A stretch of 64,000 nt of DNA from a virus: positions 1 to 64,000 of IMG/VR virus record IMGVR_UViG_3300039310_000050; one strand, 5' to 3'. A program made the position numbers and the translations under genes. How positions within the stretch are numbered: the first letter of the stretch is position 1; the number at the start of each line of letters is the position of its first letter. The notes beneath the pieces were generated by a model. It saw only the letters and a list, made by a program, of their open reading frames with translations. It was not told where the DNA came from and did no database searches. Positions 16,875-27,413 of the stretch are shown here, in pieces.

Positions 16875-17240
16875 GCTTATATAAACACGAGTCTAAACAT
16901 AAAAAGCTAATAAGCGTACAGCACAATAAGCTTATATATCTACAATAGCTCTATTTCGCGTAGGCAGACGCTAGGTTGCATCAGCCGAGTTCAATTGATA
17001 ATATATGCTCAATCAAATGAAATAATCGATTTTTCTTCATTAAAACGAAAATTTACATAACCACGCGTCCATCCATATTTACATTTTCCATTACATACAA
17101 ATGGCTCATGCCAATATTTCATCACTGAAGTTCCATCTATTTGAATTTTACGGAATGTGGTAAGAATACATTCAGGTTCACCACACCATAATCCATTTGG
17201 AATAGGTATAAATAATACTTCTATAATAGCTTTCAGTTGT

Positions 17241-17723
17241 TTAAATAATTTTAGCATTACTAGATCTCCTATACTTATAAATTAAAGTTTTGGAATTTAA
17301 TTCTTCATTAGAAATAATAGATGCAGGATAATATTCATACATTGGATATATTTGGTTTATACTTGTTATAGTTTTACCACTTGCATCTTTTGTAGAAACT
17401 TTTTTTGTAATTTTTAATAAGTCTTCAACCTTTTTCCGCATTTCATAATCAATTGGATAAACAATTACCCTAGGAAATTCTCTATCACAAGCGGCCTGGG
17501 ACATTAAAGAAGCAAGAATTTCAGGAGTATCTCCAGGTTGTGGTTCAATAACTTCTTTATGTTCTCGAACCAAACTTTCATAAACATCATAATTTATTTC
17601 TGGTTCTACTATAGTATTTAATTGACGATCCCAGGTAGGAGCAACTAAAGTAAGGCGGAGTAATTTATATTTTTTAGATTTATGAAATAGATTTTTCAGG
17701 AATTGTATCATTTGCATTATCAC
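17241..17723 (-). CDS. hypothetical protein
   Basis: 160-aa ORF within a run of overlapping small ORFs (17009-18564). Confidence 0.6.
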   Translation of the reverse strand: MIMQMIQFLKNLFHKSKKYKLLRLTLVAPTWDRQLNTIVEPEINYDVYESLVREHKEVIEPQPGDTPEILASLMSQAACDREFPRVIVYPIDYEMRKKVEDLLKITKKVSTKDASGKTITSINQIYPMYEYYPASIISNEELNSKTLIYKYRRSSNAKII

Positions 17724-18560
17724 TAGGTGTTTTATCTTCTACATTTTTATTTATATAAAGCAACCAAAAATTTTTGGCTTCTTTTTGGAGATATTCATGA
17801 TTAACTTTTTCAGGATCGATAACCAAATATAAAAATCTTGTATGTTTATCTATTAATATACCACGACCAGAAATAACTCCATTATCTTTTGCATCTTGTA
17901 TAATCTCTAAAGATTCAGCTTTTAAATTCTTCTTCATCATTATCCTTTGGATCTATATAATCATATCCTGGTCTTAAATCAAAATAATCATCAAAAATAT
18001 CATCATCCCAAAAATTATCCACATAATCATGATTTTCATTTGGGCAAAAACCATCTTCATCTAATCTAGATCCACACATAGAACAATAAATCAAATCATA
18101 TTCATCATCTAAATCCATAATATTACCTCATAAAAAATTTTATTACACCTTCAAACCCAAGAGTATCCATCTCCCAAGAATCATGACATTTTGGGAATTC
18201 ATAACCAAATTCAAAATATAATCGGTATTTATCATCGCATAATTTATGAACTAAAGGTTTATTAAAATTAATTGGTTGATAAACACCCCTTTATAGAATT
18301 TAACATCTCCACTTTTGGTCATTGATGCCTCCAATAACTAAAACTAAAATAATCTCCTAATTCTGAAAGAGCCTGATCTACTGCATGTTCAGCCCATTTA
18401 TGATATTGAACTTTTGTTGCCTTAGGAAATATTTTTTCATAATATTCCATCATATATTGAATCCAAGTACTTCTAGGTTTTTTAAATTGGCATAATTCTG
18501 AATGGCAGGTTCCAATACCTTCATCAAGAGGATATCTTAAACTATCATTATAATAAATTT

Positions 18561-19766
18561 TCATTTTAATGCTCTTAACAATAATACAGTTTCATTAATT
18601 CTACTCTTTATTGGAGATTCAACTGCTCGAATTTTTTCCATTACATGTTTTAAAGCTACTTTACCAGCAGTTAAAATTTGTGGAACAATTTCTTTTGGTT
18701 TCCGAATTTTCTTTTGAATACTAATTTTTTCATCATAATTAATAATTGATTTCCGAGATACACTTAAAGTTTTACCTTCTTGAGAATAATAAACACCAAG
18801 TTTTCTTGTTTTGGTATTAAAAACCCAAAGTTGGGTAGAATCAATAATATGTTCTGGTTCAATTGAATTAAATTTTAATTCCTCATCAGATTTTTGATAA
18901 ACAAATAATTTCAATAATTGTGCCGCAGTTTTAACTTTTTTCCTTCTTGGTTTTCTTTGTTTTTTAATTGATGCCAAGAGTTCCTTATTTGGTTCACCTG
19001 TTAACCAATCACACAATTTTAACCAAGTTTCTAATGGTTGATTACTATATGCTTCTTCCAAATATTCATCTTTTTTACCTGAATTTAATGCAACCAAATT
19101 AGAAACAAAATTTGAAAAATGGTAATTAATTTGAGTTAATTGAGCCTTAGAAGCACCACGTTTTAAAATTGTATCTACCATACAAGGATCAGAAAATTTT
19201 ATCTTTCCTTTTTGCTTTAAATAATAATCGATAATATTTTCCACGATGGAGATATATTCAACAACTTTGGTATCACGGGCCCGTTTACGTTCAGGTTGAT
19301 TTTTTTCCTTTTCATCCAATTTAACTATATCTTGAATGAATTGGTTTAAACGTCCTTGATTATCAAAGGCATCATATTGTAATGGTGCACCTCTTAAAAT
19401 ACAACGAGCAACCATAGCCATTACATGAGGTTTCCCACATACAAATGATTTTTCTGGCATTTTTTCAATAACATAGACAATTTCGGGGAAAAATTTCTCA
19501 GTATATTCAATTAAATATTTTTTCTTTTTTGCTTCCGAAGAATAAACATTATACCAATTACAATGTTTTCCCAATTGGAGTTGGAATTCTAATTGAGATT
19601 CTTTTTCGGACAACAATTTACTAGGCATAATCCATTCAGGTTCTGAACCACCCATAATGGTTTTGGATAGTTTATTAGTTTTCCTAATTTTCTTTTCGGT
19701 AACATCAAGCCCTGCGAAAATTGTTCGTTCTTTTTTATGTCTTCCCATGATTATAGTATGACACAA
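18561..19766 (-). CDS. conserved T4-like hypothetical protein
   Basis: C-terminal SIEPEHII..QLWVFNTKTRKLGVY...KIRKP...RINE..LLL; start probably at the second Met. Confidence 0.75.
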   Translation of the reverse strand: MCHTIIMGRHKKERTIFAGLDVTEKKIRKTNKLSKTIMGGSEPEWIMPSKLLSEKESQLEFQLQLGKHCNWYNVYSSEAKKKKYLIEYTEKFFPEIVYVIEKMPEKSFVCGKPHVMAMVARCILRGAPLQYDAFDNQGRLNQFIQDIVKLDEKEKNQPERKRARDTKVVEYISIVENIIDYYLKQKGKIKFSDPCMVDTILKRGASKAQLTQINYHFSNFVSNLVALNSGKKDEYLEEAYSNQPLETWLKLCDWLTGEPNKELLASIKKQRKPRRKKVKTAAQLLKLFVYQKSDEELKFNSIEPEHIIDSTQLWVFNTKTRKLGVYYSQEGKTLSVSRKSIINYDEKISIQKKIRKPKEIVPQILTAGKVALKHVMEKIRAVESPIKSRINETVLLLRALK

Positions 19767-19783
19767 ATCAAAATAAATGTCAA
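19755..19783 (-). promoter_or_regulatory. sigma70-type early promoter
   Basis: TTGACA-17-CATACT with TG. Confidence 0.65.
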
Positions 19784-19823
19784 GAAGAATTATATAAATA
19801 TTTTTGAGGTAATTTTTAAAACA

Positions 19824-20177
19824 ATGCCGAATTATGAATATAAGTGCAATAAATGCGAAATGATTTTTGAAACCAATTTAAAAATAGCTGATGTTGATTA
19901 TCCTGAAACTCAAACTTGCCCAGAATGTGGTGCTGAAAAAAGTCTCCATTGGTGGTTAAGTTCTGCTCCAGCGATTGGTGATCCCATTAAATTAGGAATC
20001 ACTCGCCCACCAGATGCGTTTCTCCATGGTATTCTTGGAAGAATGCAAAATTCAGTACCAGATGGTGGAGTTGAAAAAGGACCAGATGGTCACATCAAAT
20101 TAGATTCTACTGGAAAACCTAAAAGAAAATATGTAAATTTTAATAATAAACGATATAGTCCTGGTAGATTAATTTAA
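19824..20177 (+). CDS. FmdB-family zinc-ribbon protein
   Basis: MPNYEYKCNKC..FE...CPECG; late promoter TATAAATA at 19793-19800. Confidence 0.8.
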   Translation: MPNYEYKCNKCEMIFETNLKIADVDYPETQTCPECGAEKSLHWWLSSAPAIGDPIKLGITRPPDAFLHGILGRMQNSVPDGGVEKGPDGHIKLDSTGKPKRKYVNFNNKRYSPGRLI

Positions 20178-20408
20178 TCCCCAAATGATTCCAGTACCAT
20201 TACATGCATGGCATTGAGCCCACATTTCTCCGTATATCCCATGTGTCATTTTTCCATTACCATTACAAACTGGACATTTATATGGTATAATTGAGGGATA
20301 ATAATAAGTTGAAGGAAGATAAATATTATTACCATGAATAGGACAACCCATTGTTCCACCACTTCCACTACATCCTGCACAACCAACAATAGGTATTGCA
20401 TTATGCAT
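20169..20408 (-). CDS. DnaJ-type zinc-finger small protein
   Basis: CPVCNGNG and CHACNGTG repeats. Confidence 0.7.
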   Translation of the reverse strand: MHNAIPIVGCAGCSGSGGTMGCPIHGNNIYLPSTYYYPSIIPYKCPVCNGNGKMTHGIYGEMWAQCHACNGTGIIWGLN

Positions 20409-20724
20409 ATAAAATCTCTCTTAAAGAAATACTTTTTAAATTTTCCATATAAAAATTCCGCCATCCTTTAGAACCTAAATCAAAATAATGAACTAAACCA
20501 GAATATTCTATATTTTTTTCTGTTTGATCTAATGGACTAGATATTTCAGATTTTGGAAGAAACTCTGGTGGAATTAAATCTCTTTTTAAAGTTCCTGAAG
20601 CTACTCTTACATCACCATTAAGTTTATAATAAACCAAAAAACATTCACCAAGACGGAGAATATCTAAGATTTCATTTTTATAATTTTGTTTTTCTGTTAA
20701 TGTCATTTTAAAATTCCTCTCCAT
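20401..20724 (-). CDS. SH3/WYL-like fold protein
   Basis: YYKLNGDVRVASGTL...YFDLGSKGWRNF. Confidence 0.7.
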   Translation of the reverse strand: MERNFKMTLTEKQNYKNEILDILRLGECFLVYYKLNGDVRVASGTLKRDLIPPEFLPKSEISSPLDQTEKNIEYSGLVHYFDLGSKGWRNFYMENLKSISLREILYA

Positions 20725-21591
20725 TACCTACATTAAATACTGGAAGCCCCATAGATTTCCATAATCGTATTACTCGTGGTCTAAATAACCAAAACTTCTG
20801 GAAATTCTTGTTTCAGAAATTCTTTCATTTTTCCAAAGTTCTTGGATTCATATATGTGTTATCCAAGATCACATCATTACCATCTTTAAGGCTTTACGCT
20901 TTTGATTTTAACCATTTCTTCTAATTGTTGGCGAACAGCTTCAACAATATATCGACAAAAAAGAATTTCTTTTTCCAATTCCTTTTTTTCTGAAAGAGTA
21001 TCTAAAGTGGTTAAAATGATTTTAAGAACATCTGCACCACCACGATCATACCCTTCATTGACTTTTTCAATAATATCGTTATATGTAATTTTTTTATTAT
21101 TAACTATCATTTTCTATCCTATATTAGGTAATCTAATTGCATCATATAAAGGACACTCAGGAGGAATACCATGAATTGAAACAAAAGCTAAAGTTTCAAT
21201 TCTACACCTATGGTCATATAAATCATTTCCATAATCAAAAAATGGACAAGCACCACAATCCGAAATTTTAATTTCTCTTTTCTTTAATGGGAGTATTTTC
21301 ATGTTACATTTCCTTCCTCAGTATAATTAATACTAATTTTAAGAATTGATGTTGGAGGAAAATAATCTTTTAAAGAACCGTTCGCATTTTCTGTATATAC
21401 TCCATCCCATTTTAAATCATCAATACAATCTTGAAATTTATAATGATTTGGAAATTCTTTTTCAAAACAATTATATCCTTTTGGACTTAACGATTCTATT
21501 ACGTATACCCAAACTTTCATAATCCATTTACCTCTTTATTTCCTTCTTTTGGTGTATTTCCTAATTCATTTCTTCGCTTCTTTTCGAGTCA

Positions 21592-22257
21592 TTAAATACC
21601 AAACTTTTTATAATAATCTTCACGTATATCTTTTAATTGTTGCCACCAATTCCAAGGATATTCAATATATTCTTCCGCAAGACCAATTTCATTTGCCATT
21701 AAAATAACATTTTGTTTTATTTTATATCGAGTCCGTTCATAATATGCGGCTGCATAAAATGCAGTTTGGATAAAATAATCTGTAATCCATTCTCGCTTTT
21801 TAGATCTTTTAGATCCTTTAAAATCTATAATAGATAATTTTCCATCATATTCAGCAATTAAATCAACTCTTCCAGCAGTTCTAAATTTATCCGAATATAA
21901 TACTGTTTCTTGACAATGGATATTATCTATTTTTCGGATATAAGGCATCAAATCTTCAATGAGCATTCGGATCAATAATGGATGTCCTTTAAGACTTTTA
22001 TTTTGTACCAATTCTTCACATGCTAAATGTAAAGCGGTTCCTCTTCCTTTTCCCCAATTTGATTCAGCATCTGCAACTTTATCACCAACTCTTTCTCTCC
22101 ATTGAGTTAAAATTTCTTCTTTTAAAGGAGCCAAAATTGTAGTAATTGATGGATATATCTTTCCCTCTGGTGTTTGATATAATCTTTTACCAGTACCATC
22201 TGGAGAAATTTGTTTAGCATGTTGTGGAACAATAATATTTAAATGGTTAAATTTCAT
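21592..22257 (-). CDS. PD-(D/E)XK exonuclease
   Basis: YPSITTIL, RGTALH, AGRVDLIAEYDG..SIIDFKGS, YFIQ..FY. Confidence 0.88.
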   Translation of the reverse strand: MKFNHLNIIVPQHAKQISPDGTGKRLYQTPEGKIYPSITTILAPLKEEILTQWRERVGDKVADAESNWGKGRGTALHLACEELVQNKSLKGHPLLIRMLIEDLMPYIRKIDNIHCQETVLYSDKFRTAGRVDLIAEYDGKLSIIDFKGSKRSKKREWITDYFIQTAFYAAAYYERTRYKIKQNVILMANEIGLAEEYIEYPWNWWQQLKDIREDYYKKFGI

Positions 22258-22682
22258 TGATTAATTTTATCTTCTGTATCATATTTAAATGGTTGGTGAT
22301 CTTTAGGGAATTTTAATTTATCTATATTTTTTGGAATATACGGACAATTTATAGTTGCCTTATTATAATCATTCAACCGTTGTTGGAGTTTATTTATAGC
22401 CGTATCTAAAGCGTCTTTAATGGAAATATCCATCATTTTACATAACACAATTATAAGAAATAAAATATCACCAAGTTCTTCACAAATATGGTCCAATGTG
22501 GCCACTTTCTCTGGAGAATATTGTCTTCCAAAGAAAGAACGGGAAGTACCATGAAATTCACCAATCTCTTTTACCAAATGAGCCACAATTTTGGACATAT
22601 TAGCTTTAGATTTTTCTTTATTCTCTGGGAACATTTCAAAATCTAGTTTAAGTATTTTCTCTATCTGTTTTTGGAGATTCAT
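22254..22682 (-). CDS. MazG-like nucleotide pyrophosphohydrolase
   Basis: KEIGE...EELGDILF...KLQQR. Confidence 0.75.
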   Translation of the reverse strand: MNLQKQIEKILKLDFEMFPENKEKSKANMSKIVAHLVKEIGEFHGTSRSFFGRQYSPEKVATLDHICEELGDILFLIIVLCKMMDISIKDALDTAINKLQQRLNDYNKATINCPYIPKNIDKLKFPKDHQPFKYDTEDKINQ

Positions 22683-23021
22683 AATCTATAACTTTTAACT
22701 CTTTCTGAATAAATTTCTTTTTCCATTAATGTCTTCTCCAAACTTCATAAGTTGATACTACTTCAGGACCAGTAAATTCATGACGTACAATCGCATAACC
22801 AGAAGAATCTTGTGAATTATAATACCAAATTTCATCATTTGGACGAATAGAACTATAAAAAGTCCAAATTTTATCTCTAATATTTTGAGGAATTCCTCGA
22901 ACAAGACTTTCCGAATCTACTCTTTTATATAAAGAAATATTTTGAGGACATTTTATATCTACCGGACTTAATTGTCTCCGTTGCGGCCCCTTCTTTTTAA
23001 CCGAAATTAATGGATTTTCCA

Positions 23022-23729
23022 TCATTCTTCTGTCCCTCTTCCGATATATTCAGTTATTTGAACTTGTATAAATTGTGTTTCTTTAATTCCTGTTTTTGTA
23101 TTAGGTTCTTGTTTTTTGGGTGTGGCTCTCATTTCAAAACAATCCCAAAGTTCCATATCACTCTTTTCATTTTTAAAAAATAATCCCATATTACCCAATC
23201 GATCCGATACTCGATATAAGAAAAATGTTTCTTTTTCTCCGGTTGTATTACTGATTTTAGTCATTTCAACAATATCAACCACTTTAACTATAAAAATATC
23301 CCGAATACCAATTGTTCCTATATAAGAACTTTGGGAATATTTTTGGGCTATATTCATTAATTTGTTAGCTCTTCCTAAAGTATGTTCATACATATTAGGA
23401 AGAGCTACAATAAACCCTATCATCTTTTCAGAGACAGTTCTTATTTGCATCAATTCATAAACTTTTTTCAAAAAATCATCATTTGGATCTTTAGGAACTA
23501 CCGAAAAATAGGCCTGCATTTCTTCAGCTTTTTCTGAAAATTTAGCCATTTCAACCGTTTTATCTAAACCATTTTTTAAATATTGAATTACAAAATGAGA
23601 AGTGGGTGTTTCTCCATTATTTTTACTAGATTTTTGAGAAATATATTCACCTCTATCCTCCATAACTTTCAAAGTAGCTTCAAGGACTTCTAAAATTTCA
23701 AAAAAGGTTTTCGTATAACTCATACACAT
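23022..23729 (-). CDS. hypothetical protein (possible OB-fold C-terminus)
   Basis: 235-aa ORF; SYIGTIG.R...ATPKK...ETQ. Confidence 0.6.
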   Translation of the reverse strand: MCMSYTKTFFEILEVLEATLKVMEDRGEYISQKSSKNNGETPTSHFVIQYLKNGLDKTVEMAKFSEKAEEMQAYFSVVPKDPNDDFLKKVYELMQIRTVSEKMIGFIVALPNMYEHTLGRANKLMNIAQKYSQSSYIGTIGIRDIFIVKVVDIVEMTKISNTTGEKETFFLYRVSDRLGNMGLFFKNEKSDMELWDCFEMRATPKKQEPNTKTGIKETQFIQVQITEYIGRGTEE

Positions 23730-24433
23730 TCAATATGGACTGTGCCATCATCTTCCAAAATAGCTATATGTACCAAATATTGTCCATTTTCATTCTTAAA
23801 ATCAATACAAAAATTCTGAGAATCATCAATATGTTTTTGCCAAATTCCTGGATTATGAGTATGCCCCACAATTTGATTTACACCAGGCGTAGGAACAAAT
23901 TCTCTAAAATCATGCCAAGTGCAACCACCCCAACGATGAAGACCACCACGATATTCTCCCGCCTGGAGAATATCATCTACTTTGGCTCCATATAAGTTTT
24001 CCAAAGCCGCATTACAAAGATTTGTCAAATTTCCTTTTGTTATCGGAGCAAAACAAGGATGAAATCCAGCATGACTTAAAAGCCATTCTTTTTTATTGAG
24101 AGTTTCCCATTGAAAAAGTTTTATTTTCTTCCAATTAACTTTTATATACATTCTTTTCCAACCACGATGCCCAGAACATGATAATTCATAAATACCCGGA
24201 AAAGCATAAGGCATATCATGATTCCCAAAAAGACAAATATGGTCTGGATTTTCAACAAAATCTGAATGCATTTTGGATGTTTCAACTACAGAATCAACAT
24301 TATATTCACCTTTTACATAACTATCATACCAATCTCCTAAAGAGATTTTTTTGGAAATATAGTTGTATTTGGTTAAAATTTTTTGTAATTGTTCTGTTTC
24401 TTCATGAATATCTGGAATTATAAGTATCGACAT
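23720..24433 (-). CDS. calcineurin-like metallophosphoesterase
   Basis: DIH, LGDWYD, GNHD, SHAG, GHTH motifs. Confidence 0.9.
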   Translation of the reverse strand: MSILIIPDIHEETEQLQKILTKYNYISKKISLGDWYDSYVKGEYNVDSVVETSKMHSDFVENPDHICLFGNHDMPYAFPGIYELSCSGHRGWKRMYIKVNWKKIKLFQWETLNKKEWLLSHAGFHPCFAPITKGNLTNLCNAALENLYGAKVDDILQAGEYRGGLHRWGGCTWHDFREFVPTPGVNQIVGHTHNPGIWQKHIDDSQNFCIDFKNENGQYLVHIAILEDDGTVHIECV

Positions 24434-24439
24434 ACTTAA

Positions 24440-24468
24440 AGTATATCACAAAGATATTAAAATGTCAA
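24440..24468 (-). promoter_or_regulatory. sigma70-type early promoter
   Basis: TTGACA-17-TATACT with TG. Confidence 0.8.
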
Positions 24469-24558
24469 GCGGCCATTAACAATATCTTTATGGAAATATT
24501 TGCCAAGAATGTTACCATTATGAGCATACTTACAATTCCTGATGTGCACCAAATAAAA

Positions 24559-25497
24559 TTATTTTAATAAAACTTTAAAGCATCTAAATCCTTTATGATA
24601 ATCTTGTTTTCCTTGAGAAACACGGATCATATTACTAGATTGTAAATCATTATCTCTACAAAATTGGTTAAGATTTTTAATTTGTTTTTCTTCACCATTA
24701 GGATAAATTATTTTCCAATCTTCAGCCTGAACAACTTTTTGGATCTTACTTTGTTTTTCTTTATATTCTGGTGTATTTCTAATTTTTATAAATGTTTCTA
24801 TTCGTTTTTCTTTAGCAACAGGATCTTTCCAATGATCCGAATTTTTCTTACCAATATTTTTTTTAGTTTCTTCTGTATGAATTACACCAACATGACCCTT
24901 CAGGGCTTTACTCATTTTCTTACAATATTCCGGATCTTTATAAAGTTTATGTATTGCCAAACTATGTTTCTTTTTAGTTTCTTTGGATTGAGATTTTTGG
25001 TGCTGTTTTTCTTTGTGTGCTGGATTCTTCCACAATTTAATAGCGGCTTCAGACATTTTTTGTCTAGTTTCTTCTGATTTAAAATTCGGTTGAACAAACC
25101 AGCGAGAAAGTATATTTTTATTATAAAATTTCCTAGTTCCATCTGGAAGCAAGGCCGTTAATACATCCAATTTTATTTGAATTTCTACTTCACCAAAAGT
25201 CAAATCTCTTTTCATTGGACACATTCGGATAATTTCCCGAGTAAAATTTTCTTGCCCAAATTTTTCAATATCGGCTTTTACATCTTCAGAACTTGACCAA
25301 TATTCTTTCCAATCCGATTCAGATACTATATGTTTTCTATTTTTCTTCCCAGGAACCTTTTTAGAACGATTAGACCAAAACTGTTTTTTGCCAATATATT
25401 GACGCCCATTTAAATTACATTTGATATTATAAACAAAACCAAATATTCCTTCTGGAGGAATTGTTATCGGTTCGCCATTATAGATCCAAGGAATCAC
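24559..25497 (-). CDS. GIY-YIG endonuclease with NUMOD3-type tail
   Basis: GFVY...YIGKKQFW, ESDWKEYWSSS, SEETRQKMS, HTEETKKNI; late promoter at 25504-25511. Confidence 0.85.
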   Translation of the reverse strand: MIPWIYNGEPITIPPEGIFGFVYNIKCNLNGRQYIGKKQFWSNRSKKVPGKKNRKHIVSESDWKEYWSSSEDVKADIEKFGQENFTREIIRMCPMKRDLTFGEVEIQIKLDVLTALLPDGTRKFYNKNILSRWFVQPNFKSEETRQKMSEAAIKLWKNPAHKEKQHQKSQSKETKKKHSLAIHKLYKDPEYCKKMSKALKGHVGVIHTEETKKNIGKKNSDHWKDPVAKEKRIETFIKIRNTPEYKEKQSKIQKVVQAEDWKIIYPNGEEKQIKNLNQFCRDNDLQSSNMIRVSQGKQDYHKGFRCFKVLLK

Positions 25498-26090
25498 ATA
25501 AAATATTTATAAGTCCATATTAAATTACTTATCTGGTGGATAAGAATCAATATTCTTTCTCCAAATGCCAAGTGCCCTCTTTAGCGATTTCTTCCAATTT
25601 ATTCAATTTAATTCGGCTTTTATGAATCCAATGTTTATATTCATTTTTCTGAGATCCAGAAGGCGCGTGTTTCAAGTTACGGTTAAATTCATTAATTTTA
25701 TCCCGTGTATCTTGAATTAATTTCCGAATATCTTTATTCGTTAATTTCTTTAAAGTTTTCTTCATACCAAAATATAACCTCATCCAGATCGGCCTCTGTT
25801 GGTGGAGCCGGATCCACCGGCTCCACATAATTATTTTTTAGAAGATCCCACAAACTCATCATACTCCGCATTTTCATCTTCATCCATAACATCAGCAATA
25901 CTATCAAGTGCATTTGCAATATTATCTAAAGTTAATACTACCGAATCCAAAACACCTGTTACATAAGCTGAATTTTCTTCATCCAATCCATCAATAGGTA
26001 CTTTATTATTAAAATCAGACAAATCAGTTGAAATATCATCCAACTTTTCAATATATTTTCGAATCTTCATTTTTATATACTCCCGCAATT

Positions 26091-26119
26091 ATAATAGCAT
26101 AAAAATGTTAAATTGTCAA
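26091..26119 (-). promoter_or_regulatory. sigma70-type early promoter
   Basis: TTGACA-17-TATTAT with TG. Confidence 0.65.
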
Positions 26120-26121
26120 AT

Positions 26122-26781
26122 CTATAATTCGCATGAATTTCCTACGCAGGCAAAGTCTTTAGAATGAACAGTTTGATCATCTAATTCATATTTGGTTATT
26201 TGTGACCAATCAATATTTTTAGGCATTTTATCTAATGCTTCATTATATTGTTGTTCCGTTATTTCTTCATAGGGCGCTTGACGATATGATCCATTATCAA
26301 ATGGTAAAAATGCTACTCCACTTAATTCATCAAAATTTTTATAGACATAGGCGCCAACTTCTAACCATTCCGATTCACGAACATATACCGTTATAGATGT
26401 TTTATGTTCGCACCAATTTTTTTGATAAATCATAGCCAAACGCAATTGGTCTAAAGCACTTAAATCATTCCGTAAAATAGCAGTATCAGGAGATTTCATA
26501 GGGAATGAAAATACATCCGTTTGATCGGGATGTGTTACATCATCTTCAACTGGCACTCCAGCATTTCTCATTAATTTAGAAACTGGATCTTTTTTATCTG
26601 CGCGCGCGCGTCTAATATAAAATTGAGAATATCTTGGATGAATACCACTTGCTGAATCTACTAATTGTGAAACCGTATTATGTGATATAATTCCATTAGA
26701 TAATTGATAACAGTGAGAATTTTCAACTTCAATATCTACTGTAAAATCTTTTTCCACTTTATGTATTGAAACTATTTTCAT
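26122..26781 (-). CDS. nrdJ: split-intein C-fragment (35 aa) fused to the class II ribonucleotide reductase C-terminal part
   Basis: MKIVSI...TVDIEVENSHCY..NGIISHN|TVSQLVDSASGIHPRYS...WCEHKTSITV...YRQAPYE...CVGNSCEL. Confidence 0.93.
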   Translation of the reverse strand: MKIVSIHKVEKDFTVDIEVENSHCYQLSNGIISHNTVSQLVDSASGIHPRYSQFYIRRARADKKDPVSKLMRNAGVPVEDDVTHPDQTDVFSFPMKSPDTAILRNDLSALDQLRLAMIYQKNWCEHKTSITVYVRESEWLEVGAYVYKNFDELSGVAFLPFDNGSYRQAPYEEITEQQYNEALDKMPKNIDWSQITKYELDDQTVHSKDFACVGNSCEL

Positions 26782-27413
26782 TTTCTACCTTTTCTAAATT
26801 GAGGATTTAATTTTAAAAATTTATCAAATGATAATGATTCTTGTTCTTTTTTAGTGTATTTAAAATTATTAATTCCATTACTATACCATTTAAATCCTTT
26901 ATTTTTTGGACCACCAATTTTTCCAAATTTACTTTGATTTTTAGAATCTTTAAATACTGGTGAAGACTTTCCTCCCATTGAACATATTTCTAAATGTTTT
27001 TCTTTATCAAAATGATAATATTTATGAAATCCTAAACCCAATTCAGATTGAATTTTACCACCAACTTTACCACCCATTGATGCCCATAATTTTCTTTTAT
27101 TTTTATTTGTGGTACATATTCCAATTTTTAATTTTTTAACTTTGGCACCACCTATTTTACCACCTTCACCAGATGATATTTTATGTGCTTCAGTAAAATT
27201 ATAACCTATCATATAAAAAGAACATAAATCTTTAAAATTTCCATATCGTATATAACGAAATAGGTGTTCCAATTTATGTTCTTCTTTAGTAAATGCTACC
27301 AAATTTTCAATATCATTGGTGCCACCATCAAACGATGGTTTAATATGATGAACTTCCATTTTATTCGGAAGAATTATATTATAATAATTTTCATATATTT
27401 TTCTTGCGGTCAT
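26778..27413 (-). mobile_element. HNH homing endonuclease between the two nrdJ halves
   Basis: EVHHIKP..DGGTNDIENL...EH..EH; GGKIGG repeats; ATGA overlaps at both ends. Confidence 0.9.

Noticed and set aside
16940-16995. Hammerhead ribozyme (CTGATG...GAAA)
   Set aside because: The core is CTGATGC rather than CTGANGA, spacing to stem II is wrong, and stems I and III are not evident.
21592-22257. Cas4 of a CRISPR system
   Set aside because: No array or other cas genes; it matches the common T4-like PD-(D/E)XK exonuclease.
26778-27413. Group I intron interrupting nrdJ
   Set aside because: ORFs overlap by ATGA at both ends, leaving no room for an intron core; split-intein motifs explain the arrangement.
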